Part shown: piece by piece, positions 35,978 to 46,315 of the stretch | Numbering within the stretch: the first letter of the stretch is position 1 | Layout of the letters: every line of letters starts with the position of its first letter | Origin: Thecamonas trahens ATCC 50062 | Taxonomy: Eukaryota > Protista > Apusomonadida | Direction: 5' to 3' | Length of the DNA stretch: 63,628 nucleotides | Assembly (NCBI RefSeq): GCF_000142905.1 | Contig: NW_013657670.1 | Span: 149,498 to 213,125 of the forward strand | Position numbers and translations under genes: made by a program | The notes under the pieces: model-generated | The model's input: the letters and a program-made list of their open reading frames with translations, nothing else | Told to the model about the DNA's origin: nothing | Database searches by the model: none

Positions 35978-36277
35978 CACACACACTCTCTCTCTCTCTC
36001 TCTCTTTCTCTATCTCTCCGTCTCTCTCTTGCTCTTGCTCTCGATCCCTCATTCTAATTATCAGCTTACCACGACATTGGTCACTCCTTCGTTGTTGAAC
36101 CTGAAACGGCGACCTGGCAAACGTGTTTGGTATGGCCTGCAAATCAATGGAGCGTACAACACCAGCAGAGTGCAGCCAACGAGCACACACACTCTCTCTC
36201 TCTCTCTCTCTTTCTCTATCTCTCCGTCTCTCTCTTGCTCTTGCTCTCGATCCCTCATTCTAATTATCAGCTTACCA
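35978..36277. repeat. ~94-bp direct repeat, two copies (about 35978-36071 and 36184-36277)
   Basis: (CA)n(CT)n followed by unique ttctctatctctccgtc...cgatccctcattctaattatcagcttacca, present twice. Confidence 0.95.
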
Positions 36278-36644
36278 TCAATGGAAAGGGCACTACTGCC
36301 TGTCACAGGCTGGCAAACGTGTGACATGGATTGCCAATATGTCAACGAAAGCAGTCGCCGCCGGCACACCGCAAGCAGGTCGACCCAGGGAATCGACATC
36401 CAGAGCGCGGGGGGTTCTTGGCTCGCACGGGCCTTTGTCGACTCGGGCTGATCCAATGATCCCGCCACCTCCACGTCGCGGCTTACAGCGTCCAGATCAT
36501 GGATCTCAATACCTGCCAATCTCATGGTTGGTTACCCATGCCCATGCCTGTCACCGCAGGCGAGCGACGGCAGAGCAACAGGGTGGCGGCGGGGCGACAG
36601 CGACGTCGACGACGGCGACGGTTGTCGTCACTACCTCTCGCGGT

Positions 36645-39600
36645 ATGAGTAACGGAGGCTCGGCTGTGTCCGAGCCAGCGGTAACCATCCGTGGGCGGTG
36701 GGAGGCTAGCACGTGCGGGGGTGTGCCAACTATCCTTCCTTCCACTCAAACCCGCAGTATGTCTTGCGCGCCAAGTCATGCTCGTGGTCGGGGAGCGGTG
36801 GGCAAGGGGATTCCTCGCGCCCGAGGCTGGCCACTGAGGCCGACTCGGGCGATACTGTCGTTGTTGTCACGGTTACGCTCATTGGCAAAGAAGAAGAGAA
36901 GGAGGAGGAGGAGGAGGAGATCAAGGATCCAGAACATGCGCTTGGTCTCACCGTCTTGGCCACCGCAGGCAAGCCACTGGCGGGACCTGTCCTTGCTCGA
37001 CACGCCCTTCCCAACGCAACCGCTCGCTTTGTCCGCGCTGCCGCAGCGGTCTCTATCGAGCTCACCGCAGCAGATATGGATGTCGCTAGCGGAATCGTTA
37101 CTATTGTGCCCTCGTTTTACGTGCCAGGCGTCGTCGGTGGCTTTGAGCTGAGCGCTGAGCTCAGCTCGGGCGCGACAGCCGTTCTCGAGTGGATCGAGCT
37201 CGGCCCGGTCGAGATGGGCCGCGGCGCCTTGGTCCACGCCGCGCCGTCTTCTCTTGCTCACATCCAGCTGGTGACTGGCGAGTGGTCGGCGGCGTTGGCC
37301 GGTGGCTGTCCGGCCTTTGACTCGTGTGCTGCCAACCCGCACTACACCTTGGTTCTGTATCCCCCAAAGCCGCTGTCGGATGAGATCGAGGATGGCACTG
37401 GGTCAACATGTGCAGTCAGCTCGGACTTGGCATCCGACACGAGCTCGGCATCCGACGCGAACTCGGCATCCGACGCGAACTCGGCATCCGACGCAAACTC
37501 GGCATCGGACGCGGGCTCGGCATCGGCCTCGGTGGCCTTTTCCTCTGCAAACGACTCCCGCTCGACGATGACAACATGCACCGCATCCAGTCACAGCTCT
37601 GACTACAGTCCTGGTCCGCCTTCTCCGAACACTCTGGACCACGCGCCCGAACTGGGCAGCTCGTTGCTTGACCGTATCGACGAGCCATTGCCTGATCCTC
37701 CCTCGGCGCGAGTCTGGATTGCGCTCGATATCGAGAGCCAGGCTGACGCCGGTCGGGAGGGTACCGGCTCGCTCGAGAGTGCCAGGGTGGCGCCAATCGG
37801 CTTTGTCACGCTCTTTGGGAGCCCGACTAAGCTCGCGCCGAACGTGTCGGTCGCAGAGCTGGTGCCAAACGGCTCGGCGCTCCAGTTTGAGCTCGTCTCG
37901 CGTGTCGAGACCGATGCTCCGTTCGAGCTGCCGTTTCCTGGCTCAACCGAGGCCATCGAGCTCACCATTGTACCATGCACCTACTACCCTGGCACACGGG
38001 CTAGCTTCACGCTAGCTGTTGCGGCTTCGGCCCCGTTTGCACTCGAGCCTGCAGCGAGTGCGGAAGATGGCGCGCCGTGCGATGACGGCGGCCGTTCATC
38101 AACCTGCCACGCACCACCGCACGAGCCAGTCTTGCCGTCCGACTTTGTGGTCCTTCCGCTCCCGGCCGAGCTGGATGAACCACGCGCGATGGGGCTTGCT
38201 GCATGTGAGGGTGCGCTAGTCCCGTCGTTTGGTCCAGATGCGCTCCTAACGCTCGCCGGCGTGCCCCAGGCAGCGTTTAGTCTGGCATCCGCGGTTGCGG
38301 GCCTCGCCTCGCTCCCTGGCACCCTTGATCCACTGCTGACCTCGTCACTGCTGATGCACGGAGTTGCGCTTGGCGTCTGGATCTGGGCACCAGACTCGGG
38401 ATGGGATGTCTATGCAGTCGACGACAAGTTCCCGATGGACAAGGATGGAAGTTTGGGCGTGCTGGCAACTGCGGCCGGCTCGCCGGCAGCTCTGCCAGAG
38501 CTCTGGCCGGCGGTTCTGCACATGGCACTGGCCCGCCGGCTGGGTACGTTCTCGGCGGTTGCTGCATGCCCCCTCGCTTTTGTGCTCGAAGCGCTAACCG
38601 GCGCGCCGGTGGCCGGCGTAGAGCTCGCCGACTCGCAGCATGTAGTCGACTCACTCGTCTCGCTGGCGGCCAGCACCCCGTCGCTTGTTATCTTGCATCC
38701 CTACGTCGACGCTGAGTTTGGCTACTCTCTCGCGCCCGGCTGTGGCGCAGAGCATGACCTGGTGCCGTTTGCCATTGTGGGCGCCGGGCACGACCGCTCG
38801 TGGCTGCAGCGCAGTGTCCACGAGAGTGGAGCCAGCGACATCGAGACCGTGCGTCTTGTTCCACTTCCGCTCGATGAGAGTGAGCGCGAGGTCCGTGAGC
38901 TGGGAGTAGTCGAGCTGACGCCGGCTGAAGTCTGCCAGTCGTTTGCGGCCGCCACCGTCTGCCTCCGTCTCCCAGCAAGCGAATGGCTCTGCTCTGGCGA
39001 CGTCATGCTCCAGTTTCCCAACACGCGCAACGTGATTGATCTCGGACTCTCGGTTGGCGAGGCGTCCGAGGTTGTGGTCACGACATCGTGTCCGAGTGGC
39101 ACATGTGCTGTCGAGATCGACGCAACGCCCAGCAGCGTTCTCGATGGCCGGCCCAGCCACGGCTTGTCTAGTTGCGTGTGGCACGGCAAGCTCGAGCCTC
39201 GATCGTCACCGCACGACCTGGCACTTGTAACCCTCGGCTCGGCGTTTGCCTCCATCGTCTGTCTGCGGGTTTTTACCAGAGTTGCTGGCAACGGTGGTGC
39301 GAGGCGTGCGGTTGACGTAGTCTCGCCTGCGGGGCGCTCGCTTACCCATGGCGTCTTGCCGGCGTCGGCGCTGCAAGTCCCACTCGCCAACGTCGACACT
39401 GGCGCTGGCAGCGGAGGTGGGAGCGAGTCATCATCGAGCTCGGGCGAGGCGAAGCAGGCGGCAGCGGTGTCGCAGCCTGTGCTGCCGCCGCAGCCTCGGC
39501 TGCAGCGCAAGAGCTCGCGTCGCCGAAGCAAAAAAGGCAAGGGTGAGCGGCGCAAGTTTCCCAAGATTCTGGTCAAGACCGGCCGGCCCGACACATCGCT

Positions 39601-40374
39601 GACGGACATTGTCGAGGAGGTCGCGCCGGGTGGGGGCAGAATGCGGGCCGGCGAAGTAGGGCCCGAGGCAGGACGCGGACGTCGCGGGCACGGTTTCTTC
39701 TCACTCGAAAATGGGCCGAACGCGAGCCGGAGGATCAGCGCCTGGTCCGCGAGTCGCAACAGCAGCTGCTGAAGCTGCGGCGGCCAAAGCGGGCGACGCG
39801 GCTGCGGCCGCTTGGTGCGCCAAGTCCCTCACCAAGCCCCTCGCCGGAACAGCGGCAGGTCCGTGCCGAGCTTCGAGAACGGCGCAGACGCCGGCGGCTC
39901 GCCGCCCAGCACAAGCACATGCAAGCTGTGGCAGCAAGTGAGCCACGGCGGCTGACCCAGAGAGCAGAGCGCGGGATGGGCAGCAGCGGAGGTGGCAAGT
40001 CGCGGAGCACCAAGCCGCAGCGGAGCTGGGCACTGCGTCATGCTGCGCTGGCCATGGTAACGCGCTCGACGCGACCGACCCAGGCCCGGGTCGACGGTGA
40101 TCCGCGATTAGGCTCCGGTGCGCACACCCCGCGCCAAACATTGATGGTCGGCTCGTCGCGGCGGACGTCGGTGGTGAGCTCGGCCCGTCGCGCCGCGAGC
40201 GAGCCGGCCTCGCTGCCATCGCCGGAGCCTCTGCACTGGGGCATTGCGCGCGCGTTTCCGCTTCCCCCGTCATCGTCAGTGGCGCACAACGCCACACCAC
40301 ACGAGCGCCGCAGTAGCAGCGGTGGTGGTGGTGGTGGTGGCTTCTACGATGACTATGAGCCGCTCAAGAATTAG
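36645..40374 (+). CDS. Calpain-like protein: two domain-III (CBSW) units, degenerate CysPc domain, basic tail (-1 breaks at ~36720 and ~39710)
   Basis: GRWEASTCGG|CANYPSFHSNPQY and GEWSAALAGGC..NPHY; IVPSFYVPG and IVPCTYYPG; W..Y.VDDKFP, ELWPAVL, ALTGAP. No QGxLGDCW catalytic motif. Confidence 0.75.
37428..37530 (+). repeat. Coding 18-bp tandem repeat (SASDAN)n
   Basis: tcggcatccgacgcgaac units. Confidence 0.85.
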
Positions 40375-40378
40375 CAGC

Positions 40379-41110
40379 TTATGGAGCTAGAGACGAGGCG
40401 GCGAACCGCAGCAGAGCGGTCTCATCCGAGGTGTCAAAGTCAGTAAAGACAGTAGCAGAGCCGACCGCGTTGGTTGGCTTGACCTTTCCGGTGGCCTCGT
40501 CAAAAACCACCCCCTCAGCCCGCAGAATAGCACGCTTGAGTAGGATCCGGACATCCGAGGCCGAGTCGGAGCCGGCAAAGCCACCGATGCCAAGCGAGGC
40601 GGCAACAACGCGATGGCACGGGACTGGCAGCGGGGCATACGGGTTGCGCTTAAGCGCGCCGCCTACCGCCCGCGGAGCCGAACCCAGTGCTGTCGCAATG
40701 GCCTTGTACGTCGTCACCTGGCCCGGCGGCACCTGAGCGCAGAGCGCAAGAACCTTTGAGCGGAAGGGAGTAACATCCGGCCGCGGGTTCCATCCCTCCG
40801 CCGGACCGCCCAACGCCAGGCGCATCATTTTGACCTTCCGGGCATCGACCGCCACGCCTGGCTCGATCCACTCGTCCTGAAAGCCGCCCATCGCCGGACT
40901 GTTCTTTGATGCCGTGCGAGAACCAGTCGAGCCTGCTCCCGCTGTCGCTGCCAAAGGCTCTGCCCTCATTGAACCAGATGCTACCTTCCGTCCCGAGCGA
41001 GCTGATGGAGTCTTGGTCTTGGCCTTGTGCACGCCTGCACCGTTTGTAGCACGTCTGCGGGATGTCATGCGGGTGCTGGGCACGGGCGGGCCGCGGGAGG
41101 TCTTCACCAT
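40379..41110 (-). CDS. MGMT: O6-alkylguanine-DNA alkyltransferase
   Basis: TPFRSKV..VPPGQVTTY..APRAVGGALKRNP..VPCHRVV..IGGF..L.AEGV; active-site Cys intact. Confidence 0.9.
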   Translation of the reverse strand: MVKTSRGPPVPSTRMTSRRRATNGAGVHKAKTKTPSARSGRKVASGSMRAEPLAATAGAGSTGSRTASKNSPAMGGFQDEWIEPGVAVDARKVKMMRLALGGPAEGWNPRPDVTPFRSKVLALCAQVPPGQVTTYKAIATALGSAPRAVGGALKRNPYAPLPVPCHRVVAASLGIGGFAGSDSASDVRILLKRAILRAEGVVFDEATGKVKPTNAVGSATVFTDFDTSDETALLRFAASSLAP

Positions 41111-41261
41111 GGTCAGATACAGAGTGAGGTGGGTGGAGGGGGTGGAGGGGCAGTCGTGACAATCGAGGCAGCAGGCAACGGAGCCAGACAGGATCATCAC
41201 GGCAGACAGAGAAGCCACGGTATGGCTCGGCAGCCACACGCGATGTGACCGGATGAGCTCG

Positions 41262-41390
41262 CTGCGGATGGTGTGGCGGCGGATAGTATGGCGGCGGATG
41301 GTATGGCGGAGGGTGGTGTGGCGGCGGATGGTATGGCGGCGGATGGTATGGCGGAGGGTGGGCGGCGGAGGGGTGGGCGGCGGAGGCAGC
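41262..41390. repeat. 15-bp minisatellite (GGCGGCGGATGGTAT)n, degenerate
   Basis: Directly visible between the membrane-protein stop and the MGMT start. Confidence 0.85.
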
Positions 41391-41416
41391 CATCGATGGA
41401 TTTAATCGTATCACGA

Positions 41417-42133
41417 TCAGCGACGCTTCTGCTTGGAAGAGACGCGGCGCATGTTGATAGAGGACTTGTTGCGGCGGCGCGAGAAGGACTTGCCCGAGAA
41501 CTCCTCCTTGTACGTCCGCTTGAGCTCGATAATGAACTCTGCGCCAAGGCCCCAGCCGGCCGAGATGACCGAGAGGATGAGGAGACCCGTCTTGAGGAGC
41601 GAGCCCAGCCCGCCAAGGGTAGCAAGCAGGGCGAGGTTGCCGTCTGCAGTGGGATCAAAGGGAACGCCGGGTGCCGAGGCGGTACGATGATCGATCATGG
41701 CATAGATAAAGACGACGACGGAACGTCCGACCAGAAAGTCGACGAGAAGCATGGCGAGCGGAATGAGGTTGGTGAGGAGGAGCGACGGTGACGGGCCGCG
41801 GGTCGGGTGTCCGTAGAGCGGCCACCAGGCCATCGAGACCATCGAGGTGAGAGCCAGGGCTTGGGCGATGTAGTAGGCCGGGAGCCAGGTGTTGTACAGG
41901 CCCACCAGCTCCCGCAGCGATGACGAGGCAATGGGCTCGTACATCTCAGCCAGACTAGCCGCATCCCATGCCCGAAAGTCGAGGCCCAGGCCCGGCAGCC
42001 GCTCCAGTGACGCCATCGGGTGGCTGTAGTACACCACCACGTACAGCAGCGCCGCCGCAAAGACCATGCACGGCAGCGCCACAAATGCCGTGCCCAGCCC
42101 GTAGTCCACCCCTCGAGATACCCGCTGCAGCAT
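41417..42133 (-). CDS. Hypothetical multi-pass membrane protein (about 4 TM, basic C-tail)
   Basis: 238-aa ORF with codon usage like its neighbours and several hydrophobic helices. Confidence 0.7.
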   Translation of the reverse strand: MLQRVSRGVDYGLGTAFVALPCMVFAAALLYVVVYYSHPMASLERLPGLGLDFRAWDAASLAEMYEPIASSSLRELVGLYNTWLPAYYIAQALALTSMVSMAWWPLYGHPTRGPSPSLLLTNLIPLAMLLVDFLVGRSVVVFIYAMIDHRTASAPGVPFDPTADGNLALLATLGGLGSLLKTGLLILSVISAGWGLGAEFIIELKRTYKEEFSGKSFSRRRNKSSINMRRVSSKQKRR

Positions 42134-42621
42134 ACTGGTTATCGGTGCGTTGAGTCTGCCTCTCCCTCCCCTTCACTCGGCCTCTACCTCCTCCCAATCG
42201 CCTCTGCCGCCAAACTCACGTCAGGTTAGGACTCACCGCTGGTCGCACTGCTGGTGGCCAACGTTGACCAGTGCCCCCCTCCCCCCCCCCCAAACGCACT
42301 AGGGTTGGCCATCGTGACGACCAAAGGCCTTGAACAACGGTAAGCACATCGCTATTTATATGTGATGACTATTTGTTGGGAGGTCAATAAGTATATACGC
42401 TATCTAAGCTTGTGATCGGGTGTGAGTTGTAACCCTAGGGTGTGTGGGGGAGCGGTGAGGTGACCCAGTGTCGGTCGCCCATCCACCACCGACGAGGCGG
42501 GAAGAGGGGAGAGGGAGGGGAGGGGGGGAGGATAGACTTGTGGAAGCAGCGGCAAGGGGGTAGGGGAAGGGGGGAAGAAGATACCTGACTCTGAAGCACA
42601 AAAGCTTAAGAGCGGAGCAAG

Positions 42622-43164
42622 ATGGACTACTCTATGCTGGCTATTGTGCCTGTGCTGTATGTGGCCCGTGGCATCGACTTTGAGGAGGGTGACCGGCTGC
42701 TGTGGCTCCGGCTCGCCTTTGGTGGCGTCCAGCTTGTGCTCTTCGCCGTCGCGCTCTACATCAAGACTCTGGTGAACAAGCGGGCGGACGGAAAGAACAT
42801 CAAGGTGGAGAAGACCGGGATGGAGGCGAAGCTGGCCGAGGACAATGAGCCGGAGATCATGACCGAGCGCGAGTACGACCAGCGCGAGTGGGGCAAGTTC
42901 TTCCAGAGCGTGGCCATGCCGGCGGCCATGATCACGGGCATCCACTACTACTGGGGCACCACCGTCCCGCTCTTCATCCAGCTGTTCATGGCTCCCATGC
43001 GCACATACAAGGCCCCGCTAGTCAAGGCGTATCTCCTCGGCGAGTCGCTCCCGCGTCCCTTCCCCACTCCCCCGGGCATGTTTGACTCCCTCAAGCAGCA
43101 GTACGAGGAGGCTGCCGGCCTCCCGGCCAAGAAGAAGGGCAAGAAGTCCAAGAAGTCTCAGTAG
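42622..43164 (+). CDS. PHO88: Pho88/SND3 family ER membrane protein
   Basis: MTEREYD..HYYWG..PLFIQ..PLVKAYLLG..LPRPF, K-rich tail. Confidence 0.85.
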   Translation: MDYSMLAIVPVLYVARGIDFEEGDRLLWLRLAFGGVQLVLFAVALYIKTLVNKRADGKNIKVEKTGMEAKLAEDNEPEIMTEREYDQREWGKFFQSVAMPAAMITGIHYYWGTTVPLFIQLFMAPMRTYKAPLVKAYLLGESLPRPFPTPPGMFDSLKQQYEEAAGLPAKKKGKKSKKSQ

Positions 43165-43511
43165 CAGTCTTCCCCACATCGTTGCCTATCTTAAATGCCC
43201 GAGGGCTTCCCCAAACCCATCGCCTCGTGCACCGACTAAATAGCCATCACCATCGCCGCAATCGCCGCAGTCACCATCGCCCTGCGCCACTCGCACATCA
43301 ATCCTCACTCTATCCAAGACTACCATGCATCACATTATCACCATCGCCATCGCCATCGCCATCGCCATCGCCATCGCCATCGCCCATTGTTCGCCACGGC
43401 CACGAGCAGCAAAGCTCCTGCCGACCTGTCCCAGCCACACACACACACACACACAACACACACACACACACACACACATACGCACATACCACTCCTCCGC
43501 ACTCCTCCACC

Positions 43512-46246
43512 ATGCGACGAAGTGGTGGAGGTGCGACAACGCCTGCTGCCCCTGGTGGTCCTGCTGCCTCGTCTGCCTCTGCTGCCTCCTCGGCTGGCCA
43601 TGCTGGGTCCAGCTCGTCAGGCGCCAGCGTCAAGCTCATCAAGGCTCTCAAGCACGCCATGGAGATCCGTCACTATTCAATGGGGGAGCTGGTGGTTGCC
43701 CGTGGGAGCAATGGGAGCGAGATGTATGTCGTCACTGGTGGGGTTGTCGAGGTCGTCGTCCAGCCTTCATCGCCATCGCCATCGTCGTCGTCATCAGCTT
43801 CACCTCCACGTGCCATTCCGCTCCACGAGGGAGCCCACTTTGGCGAGATCGGGTTGTACGCGCCAGGCACGGTGCGGATGGCCGATGTCGAGGCACGATC
43901 TGAGGCCCGGGTAATGATCCTGCGGCGTGAGGCGCTGGACCGGGTGCTGGTTGACTTTCCCACGCCCGCGATGCCTTTACCGCAAACGTGGCCGCCGCCG
44001 CTGCTGCCGCCGCTTCGGGCCGATCCTCACCGGCTGCTCCGCTGAGCGAAGGCTGGATGCACAAGCTTGCCCAGGCGTGCGTCGGCTATGACCCGCACGT
44101 TCTGGTGGCGGTCCGGCTCGCGCCGCCGTCGCGCGTCCGCGCCACCGCCGACTCGGATAGCCCGCTCGTGACCAAGGCCTCCGGCTCGCGGATCAAGATC
44201 ACCTCGCAGGCGTGGTCGAGCCACGAGGCCAAGGTTAAGGCCAAGGCATTTGATTTTGACCACGTGTTTGATACAACGGATTCGACCCAACGCCTCGATC
44301 GCACGCTGGGATGCCACGTGGTCAACGCCGTGCTCGATGGCTTCCACACCTGCGTGGTGGCGTACGGCCAGACCGGGACTGGCAAGACTTACACCATGCG
44401 CGAGTTTGTCCCGCTTGTCGCCGGCCGCCTCTTTGCAGCTCTCGCAGCCGAGGACGCTGCCCACCCTGACATCCACTTTAGCGTTGAGCTCTCGGCTCTC
44501 GAAGTCTATTGCGAGCAGCTCCGCGATCTGCTGTTTCGGTCGACGCAAGCGCCGCCGGAGCTCAAGCTTCGCGGCGACGCCAAGACCAATGTCCGCGTTG
44601 AAAACCTCAGTCGCAAGCGAGTCAAGTCGCTCGACGAGCTGGCCTTCTTCTTCAAGGCCGGCATGGAGGCGAGGACGGTGACCGCCACCAAGGCGAACGA
44701 GGCTTCGTCTCCGGCCCATACCATCTTTACACTCTACGTCACCCGCCGCCAGGAGCTGCCTGACGGCGAGGTGCTGAGTCTCATGACCAAGCTCACCTTT
44801 ACCGATCTTGCCGGCACCCAGCGCGAGTACGCCAAGCGCAAGGGTCTCGATGCCGTCCGCCATGAGAACGACGGCACGTCTGCTGCTCAGGAGCGCGAGC
44901 GCCGCAAGATCAATCTCGCGCTCCAGACCCTCGGCCTCGTTATTCACTCGCTCGCCACAGGCCGCGAGCCGCCGTACCGCCAGTCGGTCCTCTCTATGCT
45001 CCTCTCGCAGTCGCTCGGCGGCAACTCGAAGACCTTCTTTCTCGCCACCGTCCTGCCCACCAATCTTAAGCTCTCACTCCGGACGCTCAAGGATGCCGAA
45101 TTTGTCATGCGCATCCGCAACAACGCGGTGCGTGGCGTCATGGCCGCCGGTGGCGGCGCCTTTCTCACCGCCCGCGTTCACATCCCGGCTGCACTCCCGC
45201 CGCTCTCCATGGCTGCTGCGTGGTCTCTCATCGCCGACGCCAACCGTTTGCTGGAAGCCATCGGCGAGCCGCTCACCTTTTCGCTCGAGCCGCACGACGA
45301 GGTCTCACTGCGGTATCCATACGCTGTCCGAGCGAGCTGCACACGCGCCCTGCTTCATGCCCACTACGACCCTGACTCTTTTGAGACTGCGCTTCAGACC
45401 CTGCATCTGCTTCACGACGGCGCCGCGCCCACGCTCGACGCCTTTGGCGCCCGTGGCTCGCGCATCTTCCATCCGGCGTTCCCGTTCTATCTTGCACCGG
45501 AACGAACCGAGATCGGGCGCCTTGCCATCGATGTCTCGCACGTCGTCGCCTCGAGCTCGCGCACCTCCAAACTTGTCTCGGGCACCTTTGCGCGGGCCGG
45601 CCTCGCCATCGCCGCCCTGGTCCACATCGACCCGACGTCAGTCCGATCCGGCCACGCCGCCGCGGCCTCGACCAAGCCAGAGCCCCCGGCCCTTGCGCAC
45701 GCACGTATCACCGACGCTGAACTCGCCAGTATCTCTCCCCTCGGCGTCTGCCACGAGCCACTCGCCGACGCACTTCGCGCTGAGGGCACCGCCGACCTTG
45801 AGCCGGGCGCCCATGCTACTCTCCACATCCGTATTCCTGCGCTGGAGCAAGTGCCCGGAAGAGCCACTGCCTCGCTGGTAATCCATGCCACCCTCGGATC
45901 AACTTGCGCAGAGAGCCTGCCGGCCTTGCCTCACTGCTGGCAGTCCGGAGATGCCTTTGATGGCATGATTGCGCTCCCAGTCCGCCTTGATGAGACTTGG
46001 TTCGACGCTACCGCCCGGCGCCCGGCCCCGCACCACATCCTTCACCTTGCCGTTACCGGCACTCGCCCCATCGCCGACCTCATACCTCCCGCATGCACCC
46101 CTCAGACAGAGACATCATCCGTGCCGGCACCCGATCCCGCCTCTGATCGCGCAACCGCGTACACTGCCGTCCTCTCCATTTACGATGCGCTCCGCGGGCC
46201 AGCCGCAGTCTTGGATGCCCGCCAGGGCGCCAACGACCAGTTGTAA
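43512..46246 (+). CDS. cNMP-binding domain fused to a kinesin motor (kinesin-3-like tail motif) with altered switch I/II (-1 break at 43959-43961)
   Basis: CNB: GELVVARG..EMYVVTGGVVEV..GAHFGEIGL..RMADVEA. Motor: VAVRLAP, FDFDHVF, AYGQTGTGKTYTM, PYRQSVL..SLGGNSKT. Confidence 0.85.
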
Positions 46247-46315
46247 CACTGCTGCCTGCCACCTGACGACCAGTCACCTCACCCTGCACCCCAGCCCAAC
46301 CCCCTCCTCTTGGTC

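Noticed and set aside
35978-36277. CRISPR array or LTR pair
   Set aside because: Only two mostly microsatellite copies, no cas genes, no TG..CA ends or internal ORF
40650-41414. Extensin-like (PPPYH)n ORF
   Set aside because: Product of the 15-bp minisatellite, and overlaps MGMT out of frame
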